In this document: in pieces, positions 37,995 to 49,300 of the stretch
Position numbering within the stretch: position 1 is the stretch's first letter
Layout of the letters: every line of letters starts with the position of its first letter
From: a bacterium
GTDB lineage: Bacteria; UBA10199; 2-02-FULL-44-16; JAAZCA01
Length of the DNA stretch: 64,000 bases
Assembly (NCBI GenBank): GCA_963674695.2
Contig: CAXXGI010000001.1
Location: 192,001 to 256,000, forward strand
Direction of reading: 5' to 3'
Notes under the pieces: model-generated
Databases searched by the model: none
What the model was told of the DNA's origin: nothing
The model's input: the letters and a program-made list of their open reading frames with translations, nothing else
Translations under genes and position numbers: made by a program

Positions 37995-38124
37995 AATGAA
38001 GTCCGTAACTCGTGACTCGTGACTCGTGAAATCGAAGATCGTGTCGCCGCGAGGGGGAATCATGTGTGCCTGGAACAAGCTTCATCTGTGAAGGTGCACA
38101 TGATTCCCCCGGGAGGCGACCTCG

Positions 38125-40614
38125 CTACTCGGCTCTCGTGTCGCACCATTCCACCGCCACCTTGCGCACACGCACATGGCGCAACGCCTCGTCGTTCAAT
38201 CCAAAGACAGCGGTGAGGATTTCCCCCATTCGCAACGCGGGCGTCTGATTGCGAACGGCCACCCCTACCACACCGTCCGGGCGCACGGCAAGTTCAGCGA
38301 TGAGCGGCTTGATATCCACCTCACGACGCTTTCCCTTGCGGATGCGCACGGCCAGCACCGAGGGCGCCTGGGCAAAGGCCGCGCAGGCACCGGCCACATC
38401 GATGACAACGGGCAAACCGCTCACCTCATAGCGCACCGCCTCGATCGCGTCGGCAATCGAGGGGGCTCCTTCGGGGAGGAGCGCGGCCGCACAGACGGCC
38501 ATTCCCTCAGGCAAGCGCCCCTGCAGACGTTGGACGATCTGCTCCGGCGCCACCGCTTCGAAGAGCTCGATGTCGGCGCACTCGTCCTGGCTCTCCACCC
38601 CCACGGGACAGGCCGGCCCCGCCGAGATGCGCGCACGAGGATGATATCCCTCGCTGTAACAGAGGGGAAATCCCGCTGCGCGCACGCCGCGCCGAATCGC
38701 ATCGAGGGTTTCGAGCGAACCCAGGAAGACGGCGCGGTCTGCCTTGGTGTAGTGGAGGCGATAGCGAAAGGCCGTGACACGTGACTCGTGACTCGTGACT
38801 CGTTGTTCAGGCGGTGCGACTGGTGTCTCATCGGGTGCATCGACGTGAGCCATTCGATTTTTGATCGCATCGAAATCACACATGCCGCACTGCGAGCAGG
38901 CGCCGCTCGTGCAGTCTGGCGTGAATGCCAGCTCTTCGGCACGGTCGCGCTCGCGCTGGAGAAAAACGGGGTCCGGTCCGATGCCGAATGCATCCCACGA
39001 AAGCGGGGCCGCACGATCGCGCGCTTCGAGATAGGTCTCCGGCACGATGCCACAGGCGGCGAAGGCCTCGCGCCAACGGGCGAGCGAAAAACATTCGTCC
39101 CAGCCGTCGAAACGCGCGCCAGCGCGCCAGGCCGCCTCGATCGCATCGGCCAGCTCCGCACCGCCGCGCGAGAGCACGCCCTCCAAAAAACTCTGTTCGG
39201 CGTCATGCCAGCGATAGTAGAGACCCGGCCGGCGCAGCCGCCGTTTGCATTCGCGTTGAATCGCCAGCGTCTCCTCGATGCCGATCTGGCGATCCCACTG
39301 AAAGGGGGTGTGCGCCTTGGGCACGAACGTCGATGTGGAAACCGTGACATCCGGACGCTTGTGATATTTTTTTCCGATATCGAGGCAGCGGTTGGCCGTG
39401 GTCACGATGCCATCGATGTCAGCTGCGGTCTCCGTCGGCAGACCCACCATGAAGTAGAGTTTGATCTTGGAAAATCCCGCGCTGAAGACGCGCTCGACCG
39501 ATGCGAAGAGATCGTCGTCAACATTGCCCTTGTTGATGAAGCGGCGCATCCGCTCGGTGCCCGCCTCGGGCGCGAGGGTGAAGCTCTGCGCCCGCGCCGC
39601 ACCGAGTTCGGCGATGATGGCATCGCTCAAGGACTCGACGCGCATACTGGGGAGCGACGCATTGATCGGCATGCCGGGGCAGCCCTCATGCACGCCCTTG
39701 AGCGTCGCGGACAGCGGCGCCCAATCGCCGATCGAGAGCGAGAGGAAGGAAAAATCCTCGCGGCCCGTGGCGGCAAGCCCCGCGCAGGAGATTGCCGTCG
39801 CGGTGTCCTCGCTGCGCTGGCGCACCGGGCGATAGATGTAACCCGCCTGACAGAAGCGACAGCCGCGCGCACAGCCACGGGCCGCCTCGACGGCCAAACG
39901 TTCCTGCGTCGCTTTGTGCGCGACAACCGGTTTTTCCGGAAACGGGGCGCGATCGAGGTCGGCGACAATAGCACGATTCATCCCTTGGGCCTGACCATCC
40001 CGGCCCTGCACAGCGATCCCCCGAATCCGGCCCAAGCGATCGAGCAGATCGCGCCGCCCGATTCCGTCGCGCTTGGTGTCGCGGATGCATTCGGCGAGCT
40101 GAACGGTCACCTCCTCGCCATCGCCGATGACGATCGCATCGAAGAAGGGCGCCATCGGCCCGGGGTTGGAGGTGCACGGCCCCCCCGCGATGATCAGCGG
40201 ATGGGCATCGGTGCGATCGGCCGCGCGCAGCGGAATGCCGGCCAGATCGAGCGTCGTCAGGACATTGGTGGCGGAGAGTTCCGAGGCGAGCGAAAACCCG
40301 ATGACATCGAACGCCCCCAGCTCTCGATACGATTCGAGCGAAAAGAGCTTCATCCCCTTCTCGCGCAACGCCGCTTCCATATCGGCCCAGGGGGTGAAGG
40401 CCCGCTCAGCAACCATCCCGTCCCTATCATTTATAAGGTGATACAGAATCGAGAGCCCCAGGTGGCTCATCCCGATCTCGTAGACATCGGGGAAGACGAG
40501 ACAAAAGCGCACATCGCAGCGCTCCCAATCTTTGACGCGACTGCCCACCTCGCCGCCGACGTAGCGGTCGGGGCGGCTCACACGTGCCAATATGTCTCGA
40601 ATGTCCGGGCGCAT
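38125..40614 (-). CDS. B12-binding radical SAM protein (TIGR03960-like) fused to a TIGR03936/DUF2344-like domain
   Basis: FPDVYEIGMSHLG, RGCARGCRFCQAG, FVPKAHTPFQW and C-terminal YSEGYHPR. The true start is probably MRPDIR. Confidence 0.9.
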   Translation of the reverse strand: MRPDIRDILARVSRPDRYVGGEVGSRVKDWERCDVRFCLVFPDVYEIGMSHLGLSILYHLINDRDGMVAERAFTPWADMEAALREKGMKLFSLESYRELGAFDVIGFSLASELSATNVLTTLDLAGIPLRAADRTDAHPLIIAGGPCTSNPGPMAPFFDAIVIGDGEEVTVQLAECIRDTKRDGIGRRDLLDRLGRIRGIAVQGRDGQAQGMNRAIVADLDRAPFPEKPVVAHKATQERLAVEAARGCARGCRFCQAGYIYRPVRQRSEDTATAISCAGLAATGREDFSFLSLSIGDWAPLSATLKGVHEGCPGMPINASLPSMRVESLSDAIIAELGAARAQSFTLAPEAGTERMRRFINKGNVDDDLFASVERVFSAGFSKIKLYFMVGLPTETAADIDGIVTTANRCLDIGKKYHKRPDVTVSTSTFVPKAHTPFQWDRQIGIEETLAIQRECKRRLRRPGLYYRWHDAEQSFLEGVLSRGGAELADAIEAAWRAGARFDGWDECFSLARWREAFAACGIVPETYLEARDRAAPLSWDAFGIGPDPVFLQRERDRAEELAFTPDCTSGACSQCGMCDFDAIKNRMAHVDAPDETPVAPPEQRVTSHESRVTAFRYRLHYTKADRAVFLGSLETLDAIRRGVRAAGFPLCYSEGYHPRARISAGPACPVGVESQDECADIELFEAVAPEQIVQRLQGRLPEGMAVCAAALLPEGAPSIADAIEAVRYEVSGLPVVIDVAGACAAFAQAPSVLAVRIRKGKRREVDIKPLIAELAVRPDGVVGVAVRNQTPALRMGEILTAVFGLNDEALRHVRVRKVAVEWCDTRAE

Positions 40615-40630
40615 AGCGGCAGGCTCTCTA

Positions 40631-40778
40631 GGGCGTGTCCTCATTTGACCATAACCCCCTGAAACAAAAGGGATCTTGGCTTTTGTCATCCCCGCGAAAG
40701 CGGGGATCTCGATTGACTGTTCATAAGCGAGATTCCCGCTTTCGCGGGAATGACACCTTGTGAAATGAGGACATGCCC
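40631..40778. mobile_element. 148-bp MITE family 1, second copy (inverted)
   Basis: TA|gggcgtgtcctcattt...aaatgaggacatgccc|TA in a CTAG context. Confidence 0.85.
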
Positions 40779-40811
40779 TAGCAGGAAAGGTGATCGAAAA
40801 GCAAACACCGA

Positions 40812-42614
40812 TCACTCGACGAGGGCGAGCGCGGCCTCCAGGGCCGCATCGCGATAGGACGTGTATCCGTTCATCATGTCCTCGATGGTGAGGGCATAAG
40901 GGATATCGGGCGAAATACCCATGTTCTCGATATAGGGCGTCGTCGTCCCGTCGGCCAGCGGCACCTGAACCGTGCGCACCCCCATGCTGATGGTGTAACT
41001 CAGCCGCATCTCGGCATAGCCGATCGTCTCATCGATCCTCTTGATCGATCCGCCGGCACCCAAGGTCGTGGCACCGAAGAGTGTCGCGCGCCCCAGGTCC
41101 TTGAGGTGAGCCGGGAAGTAGTCGCCGCAAGAAGCAGCGAGCTCATCGATGAGCAGAAGCACGGGCCCGGTGAAGACGATGCGCTCGCCATCCGCTGTCG
41201 TATACGGTTCGATCATGCCATCATGGTCGCACATGGGAAAGGGGTCGGTCAGGCGCTCGCCGCGCTCCATCGCTGAACGGATGCCGTCGGCCAGTTGTGA
41301 AAGGATTGCACGATCACCCGCATCTTCCATATCCTCGAGATCCGACTCAATCCAGAGGAGCGTATCCCGGTTGGCGCGCCACCGATCCTGAATCTCCGGA
41401 AAGGGTTCGTCGAAGAGAAAGGAAGCGACCTTCATCATGATTGAACAATATAAGCCACCGGCGTTGCCTGTCTGGTCGATGATGAGGACGTCGGCCTCCT
41501 CCTCGAAGAAGCGGATCTCCTCGGCCAACTCCGCAAAGATATCATCGGCCGAAAAACTGCGACTGCTACTATAGGTATGGAGACGCAGAAACCCGACGCG
41601 TTTATCCCCCATCGTAAAGACGCCACTGAAGTAGGGCTCCTCGCGGCGCACCTCGAACGATTCCCCCAGGTCGAAGAAGGGTCGCACCTCACCATGATTG
41701 CCGAGGCGCATGCGCTCCCACCGAGGAGCCAGGCGCAAGCGCGCATTCTCCAGGAATCCTTTCGGACGATCATCCTCGCGATACACGTTCACCCCTTCGC
41801 CGCCAGCCACGCCCTGTGCCTTCGCAAGCGTGATCCCCGGATCGTTGATCGTCGCCAGCTCGCGCCCCTTGACCTCCCAGGTGAGTGGGATATCGCGGAG
41901 TTCACCGGTCGCGTATGAGCGCAGCGAAACCACCACATCCCCCTCGGGCACATTCGGAAAACGCTCCTGAGATCGAAACGTGAGATAGTCGGTCGCGCGA
42001 CGGATCTCGGTGCGCGCATTCCCCTCGCCGAAGAAGGGGAGGAGCTCGTCACGCACCTCCTCGGCAGGAACACCGTCGATGGCCACGAGTTCATCTCCCA
42101 CCGCGATGGGGAGACCGCGCTCGACATACTCCTCATACACCTTCGTCACGATGATGCGCCCCTCGATGTCATCGGCATCAAACCGGAGCAGCGCCCGTTT
42201 GGTCGATGGAATGTAATGCGAAACGTGCGAGTCGTGCAGGCCCTGCAGGTAGGTGCCGACGGCGGCATAAAAGGCATAATCGTCCTCGGCGGCGAGCGCT
42301 GCCGCGAGAAACGCGCTTGCGTGCGCCTCGGGATCGACGCCGAGCAAAACAGTCTTCCACTCGAGCGGCGCATAGCCCCGATCGATGAGGGCGATGATCG
42401 CGCGCGCGTCCGTCTCGCGCTGTGAGCGGCTGAGTCCGCCGGAGTATTCCTCATCCGGTACGAGATCCGGCACAGGCTTTGGGTCTTCCAACGGCGCCGC
42501 AACGACCTCCTCGTCGGCGTTTGTTGTCACGTCGGTCTTCGCCTTCTGGCTGCATCCGATCGAGAACGCCATCATCACCAGGAGGCCGATCATCATGGAG
42601 GTTCGTATATGCAT
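40812..42614 (-). CDS. S41-family PDZ-containing lipoprotein protease, CPAF-like
   Basis: Lipobox SIGC, YAPLEWK, LHDSH, IIDQTGNAGG, ASCGDYFP and GAGG. Confidence 0.85.
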   Translation of the reverse strand: MHIRTSMMIGLLVMMAFSIGCSQKAKTDVTTNADEEVVAAPLEDPKPVPDLVPDEEYSGGLSRSQRETDARAIIALIDRGYAPLEWKTVLLGVDPEAHASAFLAAALAAEDDYAFYAAVGTYLQGLHDSHVSHYIPSTKRALLRFDADDIEGRIIVTKVYEEYVERGLPIAVGDELVAIDGVPAEEVRDELLPFFGEGNARTEIRRATDYLTFRSQERFPNVPEGDVVVSLRSYATGELRDIPLTWEVKGRELATINDPGITLAKAQGVAGGEGVNVYREDDRPKGFLENARLRLAPRWERMRLGNHGEVRPFFDLGESFEVRREEPYFSGVFTMGDKRVGFLRLHTYSSSRSFSADDIFAELAEEIRFFEEEADVLIIDQTGNAGGLYCSIMMKVASFLFDEPFPEIQDRWRANRDTLLWIESDLEDMEDAGDRAILSQLADGIRSAMERGERLTDPFPMCDHDGMIEPYTTADGERIVFTGPVLLLIDELAASCGDYFPAHLKDLGRATLFGATTLGAGGSIKRIDETIGYAEMRLSYTISMGVRTVQVPLADGTTTPYIENMGISPDIPYALTIEDMMNGYTSYRDAALEAALALVE

Positions 42615-42747
42615 ACCCCCTCTTCGGCCGAACGACGCATTTGTTGTGTCTTTTTTGAATCGATATGAGCATTCTTTTCAGTACACGATAGAAATGACGT
42701 CCATCGACAAAAAACACGCATTTTGCCCTACTCTGAAGAGTTTTTAC

Positions 42748-42774
42748 GCAACTTTTCCTTGCATGTACCGAAGA
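42748..42774 (+). promoter_or_regulatory. Sigma28-like promoter motif
   Basis: GCAAC-N14-ACCGAAGA. Confidence 0.55.
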
Positions 42775-42812
42775 CATGGGCGAGAAATCGCGCCGTTTGG
42801 AGTCCACAGACC

Positions 42813-44555
42813 ATGAGCAAGACGATCGACCAACAGATTGAAGGAATGAGACGAAGCGCTGCGACCCAAGCGATCTTTCAGCGCACCTTTCAGACCACCT
42901 GCGCAACCGATTCGCGAAAGGGGCTTGAGACAACCCTCGATCGCTTCTTCCGCTATGCCTTTCAGCACACGCTTCGAGGCCTTCACCTCGACAACCCGCG
43001 CAACCACAGCGCGGCCTTCTTCGCGACCGATTTCGGCGAGTTCTTGCGCGAACGCCGCGGCTGTCCGGAACACTGCGCCGGCTACTGGCGCAACCACATC
43101 GCGGCACTCATGCGACACACCAGCCAGTTTCCCGCGATGAAACAGGTCGCAGAGATCCGTGGGCTCATCGTGGACATCGACGACTCGGTCGTGCTGGCCA
43201 CAGCGCTGCGCGGATATCTGATGGCCATGAACGCGCTGCTCGAGAAGGGACGCGATCATCTCCTCCTGCAGCGCAACGGACGGGATGCGGTCACTCAAAT
43301 CGCCCGCGCCGATGATCTGCGCAATGTATACTCCGCGTTCACGGCACATCCGCACCTGCATCGTTTCCCCATGCGTCGACACACGCCAGACCTCAAATCG
43401 ATCGATGGACCGTTCGAAGCGATGGCAAAAGTGGCGATCCACCACCAGAGTCCACACATCGAAGAGGCGACCGCCCACTACATCGCAAACGCGATCGACG
43501 TCGTCATAAAGCACATCGAAACCTCGCTGCTGCCCCAGACGGAGAAACTCAAGGATGCCGCGGGACCGATGGTTCCGCCGCCCAATCCGGATCTCCTCTT
43601 CGACGCCATCTTCTTCGATCCGCCGATTCTCCGGGAAGAGAAACAGATGCTTCAGGACATGCTCGACGTGGTCGAACAGGTGGTGCGGCATTCCCTCGCG
43701 GTCACCTCACGCCGAACGACCGCGGTGGAACAGACCATCAACGAAGCACTCATGGATGGGTCGCTCCTCCCGAAGGTCGAAAACGAAATCGACGCGGATC
43801 CATCGGTGGAGGCGCTGCTCTATCGCAGCAAGCTCATCCTGGAAGGAAGCAAAGCAGAGAGAATCACCGCGCCAACGGCTCAAGAACTCTACAACGATCT
43901 CCATCGCATGGTCGACAACATCATCACAAAGGGGGTCGAGCAATATCGACTGACCGAGCCGGAACTGCTCAAGGCCATGCTCCATAGCACACCGGGACTC
44001 AATGCCTCCTATACGCTCTATCGCGATCGGCTCCGCCAGGACCTCCCCCTTCTGGAACATGATATCCTGCAGGAGTTCTTTCAATTCCTCTCGTTCGAAG
44101 CGGGCATCGTCATGCCCACGTCGGCCCAACACAATGGGCAGACCCATATCGCTCCGAACGAAATTCAGGCAGCGTGGTCGCGTTTCCAGATCCTGGATGT
44201 TATCCACCACGACATCAAGGACCGCCTCCTGCCCGTACAGCGTAAACGCTGGGCGATCCTCCGGCAGATCCTGCGCGGGCTTGCACACCCCACGCCGCCA
44301 CAGGGCAACGGATCATCGAACGGAACGCCAACGGGGCAGAAGATGCCAAAGACCGGCCCTGTGCATCAGGCGGAACCGCTGGCCCAGGCACCAAACCCCA
44401 GCGTCGCCGAACAGCTCATCACCGATACCCTGACCAGAAACGACACCGAAGCGCTGACGCTGGATCCGGACACCTTCAATCCCCTCGATATCAATCCCAC
44501 CCCTTTCCCAAATGAAATCGGGGTATTACCTGCCACCCCCCTCAGGTTCATATGA
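42813..44555 (+). CDS. Orphan protein A (shared C-terminal tail)
   Basis: Long ORF with RBS ggag and no recognisable domain. Confidence 0.75.
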   Translation: MSKTIDQQIEGMRRSAATQAIFQRTFQTTCATDSRKGLETTLDRFFRYAFQHTLRGLHLDNPRNHSAAFFATDFGEFLRERRGCPEHCAGYWRNHIAALMRHTSQFPAMKQVAEIRGLIVDIDDSVVLATALRGYLMAMNALLEKGRDHLLLQRNGRDAVTQIARADDLRNVYSAFTAHPHLHRFPMRRHTPDLKSIDGPFEAMAKVAIHHQSPHIEEATAHYIANAIDVVIKHIETSLLPQTEKLKDAAGPMVPPPNPDLLFDAIFFDPPILREEKQMLQDMLDVVEQVVRHSLAVTSRRTTAVEQTINEALMDGSLLPKVENEIDADPSVEALLYRSKLILEGSKAERITAPTAQELYNDLHRMVDNIITKGVEQYRLTEPELLKAMLHSTPGLNASYTLYRDRLRQDLPLLEHDILQEFFQFLSFEAGIVMPTSAQHNGQTHIAPNEIQAAWSRFQILDVIHHDIKDRLLPVQRKRWAILRQILRGLAHPTPPQGNGSSNGTPTGQKMPKTGPVHQAEPLAQAPNPSVAEQLITDTLTRNDTEALTLDPDTFNPLDINPTPFPNEIGVLPATPLRFI

Positions 44556-44688
44556 TAGGTATCACTCGTTTTCCTTTCACAGAAAAACCGCTTGAATGTC
44601 GTCGCATAATATGGTCTGTCCCGTTATCCGACCCTCGTTCTGGGCGTGATGACAGCTCTGTCATTTTTTGACTGAGGAGGAACCCTTC

Positions 44689-46296
44689 ATGATCGCAGCA
44701 GGAGAGATCAAAGTCGGCGGCGCCAGCACCGATGGCAACCCCGCCCCTATCAGCGCTCCCGATAACACCGCTGCATCGAACACATCGGGGGCTTCCAGAG
44801 GATCCACGCCGCCGCCTTCCGATCCGAAGGATATGGCCGCACTCGCACAGCGCAGCCTCGAACTGATTCGAAAGCTCTCCGCTCACGCCGGCCCTGCGCG
44901 GAAACTCTCGCGTCCCTTCATCAAGCCGGAGACCTGGCAGGCGCAGATGTTCCTGCGCATGCCGTCCCTCTATGAACGCCTGGAGACAGAGGCCAGCGAT
45001 GGCCCGCACTTCTTCGCTCACTACGTCGATGCGCTGGAGACGTTTACCGAGGACTTTGTCGCGCAGCCGCGACACAAACGCTGGCATCTCTTCCCGGGAC
45101 TGAATCTGCTGGCATCGTTTGCCGAATATATCCGTGTCGAGCAATCCTACGGCTCCGACGGTTTTTGGGGATTCGGATCCTTGGCACTCTTTGAACATGC
45201 CGCCGAAGAACAATTCGCGATAACCCGCCTGCAGGAAGAGATCGACGAACTGCGAAAGAGCGCGCAGCTCGCGCCGCAGCCGGACGTCATGCGCGAAGTC
45301 GAACGCGTGCAGCGCGCCTTTCCCTATGTCGCACCCATCGAAGAGAGCAGCTTTGCGCGCAACCTCGAACGCACGCCCGAAGGAAACCTCGCCTGGATAC
45401 ATATGCTGCGCAGCACCCTTGTCGCGATGAACCAGACGACACCGATGATCGATCATGCCGATATCGTTCTGGCCGCAGCAGGAAAGGGGCAACAGCTCCT
45501 CACGCCAGTGGAGTTGGCGGCCTTCGCCAGCGGCATGGCTCACCGCCTGCAACAGGGGAAACACGACGCCACGCGTCCGAAGCTCACAATCGACCGAATC
45601 ATGGGACTGAATTTTGCCAACCAGAAAAGCCCCAACATGTTCGTCGCCAAGACGATCCACGCGGCGTTTCTGCGGGCAGGATCACAAAGCCGTGAGGGGA
45701 TCGAAAAGACGCCCAACCATCCGCGCTTTCATGCCCGCATCATCCCCAGCACGGCGGACATCATCGCGATGGGCGCCTACAACGCCGCCCAGGCCGAATC
45801 GATCCGCGAACAGTTTCGTTTTGCGCCGACAAGTGCTGCATTCCTCGCGTTCCTCTTTGACGAGGTCGGGCTGACCGTCGATGCCAACCAACGTTTCACG
45901 CCCGAGAGCAAGCGCTGGGCCGGACAGATCCTGCCAAAGCTCGCCGCATTCGACGCCGAAGAACGCGTCCTTCCCGAAGCGCGCCACGAAGCGCTGGCGG
46001 CCGCAGCGAGCGCCGGACAGAACCTGCTTTCAGGAGCCCTGCCCGCACTGCCCGACCTGCGCGGACAAGCGCCGGGTGGCAGCACCAACCCCCCATCGAC
46101 ATCCGGCAGCGGCGGGAAGGACGACCCGATCGTGGTCGATGAGGGCAGCACCGCAGGAGCCAGCGCGATGACGGCCGACGGTATCGATATCGCCCCTGCC
46201 ATCAAAACCGCGATGGATGAAGTCCATAACCCGGAAATGAACATGCTCGGACCCTGGGGGCAAATGATCACCCCACAACTGTCGTTGAAGTTTTGA
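44689..46296 (+). CDS. Orphan protein B (shared C-terminal tail)
   Basis: Long ORF with RBS gaggagg and a disordered S/P/A-rich N-terminus. Confidence 0.78.
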   Translation: MIAAGEIKVGGASTDGNPAPISAPDNTAASNTSGASRGSTPPPSDPKDMAALAQRSLELIRKLSAHAGPARKLSRPFIKPETWQAQMFLRMPSLYERLETEASDGPHFFAHYVDALETFTEDFVAQPRHKRWHLFPGLNLLASFAEYIRVEQSYGSDGFWGFGSLALFEHAAEEQFAITRLQEEIDELRKSAQLAPQPDVMREVERVQRAFPYVAPIEESSFARNLERTPEGNLAWIHMLRSTLVAMNQTTPMIDHADIVLAAAGKGQQLLTPVELAAFASGMAHRLQQGKHDATRPKLTIDRIMGLNFANQKSPNMFVAKTIHAAFLRAGSQSREGIEKTPNHPRFHARIIPSTADIIAMGAYNAAQAESIREQFRFAPTSAAFLAFLFDEVGLTVDANQRFTPESKRWAGQILPKLAAFDAEERVLPEARHEALAAAASAGQNLLSGALPALPDLRGQAPGGSTNPPSTSGSGGKDDPIVVDEGSTAGASAMTADGIDIAPAIKTAMDEVHNPEMNMLGPWGQMITPQLSLKF

Positions 46297-46306
46297 GGAG
46301 AACGGT

Positions 46307-49300
46307 ATGGTCATGACACGCGCACCACAAGCACTCGATGCCGCCCGCAAAGCCGCCCGAGCGATGCTCCCCCGAGGAGCATCCGAAGCAGCGGAGTTGG
46401 GGCTCGCCACGGCGCTCATCGAAGAGTATCAGCATTCCGAACGGCTCGAATCCGATGCGAGCATCGCGCGCTTTGAGGCGACGCTCGTCGATGCCGTCGA
46501 TCGCTACGTTCAGCAACCGACCCACAAGCGATTGCACCTCACCACGGCCGGCCACCGCGCCCAGGCCGAGCGCTTTTTCGCGGCATTCCGCAAAGAAACA
46601 TTCGCGCCCTTCGGTCCGCGGCGCAACTATGGCCACCTCAAACTCATCGTCTGGCTCATCAGCCCCAAAACCGCTTCGAATGAGCGCAACGCGCTGCTCG
46701 CGCAGACCCTTCCGAAACTCTCCGAGGAGGGATTTGATGCCACCACCCTGCGCGACGGCATCATCGGTTCGATGAACCTGCCCCCGCGCGCAGCCACACA
46801 CCTGATGGAACGCGCGCGTCGTTTCCTGATGACACTCGATTCGTTCAGAGAAATACCTCCTCAGGCATCACCCGCGAAGCTCTTCGCCCTGCTCAACGAG
46901 AGGCGATTCGGAAACATGAAGCTCTCGCTCCCGCAGTGGCTGGCCCGGGTCGATGACGCCATTGCGGAGGCCGAACGCACCGGTGAGACCGGCACGCTCT
47001 TCGCTACACTCAATGATCTCACTCGCGGAGTCGTTCGGCTGCAATCAGACCTCTTCGCAGAGGGGCAGCTGCTCGACGCGTTTCCCCAGCTCTTCGATGT
47101 GGATCGAACCCCCGCATTCGACGCACCGAGCGCACCGGATCTACTGCTCGAAGGCCACCGCACGCTCGAAGGGGCACGCACCCTGCTCAAACAATTTCCT
47201 GATCTCAAAGCCCCGATGGCCTCTCTGGATGAAATCGCAATCCTGGAACGACTGCTGACATTCCTCGTCGACCGCACGGTACCAGAAGCGCTTCGGCTGG
47301 ATCTGGCCCAACACCTGATGACGATGCCGCTGCCGGATCCGCTCACCAACACCCATATCGTCCTCGACCGTGGACCCAACACGCTCTATGCCCAGGTGCG
47401 CCTCCTCACCGAAAACCCGATGGCCTGGTCGCACAAGGATATCACCTCCGCCGTCTCTTACAGCCTGGCCCCGAATGTGGGATCTTTTCTCAAACGCCTC
47501 GCGCTGGCCTCACCCGTGCTGGCACAGGAACTCCACCAGGAAATTGCACCAGCAGAGGCGAGCGAGGATTCCTGGAGCGAGCACTTCACCCCGCAACTGC
47601 ATCTTGACGCACAACAACCAGCGCCGCTGTCGATCACGCCCTGGAACCTCGACGCGATGACCCTCAACGACGCGATCGAACCGCACGCGGGGCTGCGCGA
47701 TGAAATTATCGCGACGACGCGCGAGCTGACCGCCATCGATGCACAGCTCGCCCGACACGCCAACGAATACGGCATCGACGATGCCTACCTCCACAGCCTC
47801 GATCGGCTGCTGATGGTCGAAACGCGCGCCCATGAGGGGAATGCGCTGCGCAGTGCCATCGTCGCACGCACCGTGGCGGCACATGCCTGGGCGGCCATGG
47901 CGCTCGCCCCCGATCGGTCGCACGAACTCGAAGAGACGCTCATCAGCGCCGCTGTTCGACTGGCTCGACACCTGAAACCGGCAACGGCTATCGCCAACAG
48001 CATCTTCGACACCAAATATCCGCTCGGAAGACACCGCATCGTCTCGCCAGGGCCGACGCATCGGGGCGACCCGAACTGGCAGCTGTCCGGCGTACACCTG
48101 CTCCCCGACGGCATGGGGCTGACCGAGAGCCACATCACGCCGTCGGAGATCATCGCCCACGCTGGAGTAATCGCTGCAGGGCGAGGTCATCCCGTCTGGG
48201 CCAGCACCTTCCTTTCAAACGCGGCACAGCTCGACAACGCCGCTCCGTTCGCCTTTCCGCTCATCACCTCCGCGATGTTGGCCGCTGCACCGATGATGTC
48301 CACGCCCCTGCTGGCGCGTGGATTGGGACAGCGTCCGGTCGTCATGAAGGAGACACCGCGAAATCTGGTACATCTCAGCCGCATGAGCACATCCGATCGA
48401 CAGTGGCTGATGCAGTCGGGCTATATGCGCCAGACGCGCGACGGTTTTTCGCTCAACACCGATCTGCGATTCGGGGGAAAACCGCTCTCGATCGCGTATC
48501 CGGCCACCTTTTCTGAAATCGCCGCGCGGTTGAGCGACGACGATCCGCTGCGCGATCGCCAGCTGCTGTCGACCTATCTCCTCCCCTTCGGCGGTGAAAT
48601 CGGCATTACCAATCGCAGGAGCGAACCGATCGCCCACCTCATGCCATTGACGGGCGACCCACGCGAAGGGCTCCTCGATACACGCAGCCCCGACCGCATC
48701 GCCGGGCAGCTGCAGCGCTTTCTCCAAGACGAACAACTCGAAGGGAAAGATCAAAACGCGATTGGGCGCGCGGTCACGATGCGTCTGTTTCCCTATTCTG
48801 ACTTGAACGGACACAACCCGATCGTCGCCACCATGACCAACGGCTATATCGTTCGCGCAGCGGTGAACGATGACGGCACGCCGATCCCTGGGGCCTACAC
48901 GGTCGAGACTCGCGTCTATGGACGCGACGACACCGTCGCCCGGGAAGAGCTGAATACGGAACTCTTCATCCCGGATACTACACCCGATTCGCTCTGGGGG
49001 AAGGAGGAGTTCCTCCGCGTCAACCTGCGGCTCGCCGTCAACGACGGACATGTCACACAGGCCGATCTCATCACCCGCCAGAATGACACACTGGTGCGCT
49101 ATGAGTTCGCGCCGCCGGAGATCAGGGCCCTGCAGGGAATCGTGCCGCCATTGGAACGATTTCATCTCCATGCGCCCGATGCGCCGACGCTGCTGGGATG
49201 GCAGGTCTTTCCGACACACCTCTGGGCCGAGGACATCTCGAAGGAACAGGCCAACCGCATCGACCCGTGGGATTCGAGCCGCGGCATCTTGAACCTCGAC

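Noticed and set aside
40615-40815. N-terminal extension of the radical SAM ORF (also of comF at 33217-33348)
   Set aside because: The extension is read-through of a MITE/REP (HSRESGNL, EIPAFAGMT). Family similarity begins downstream.
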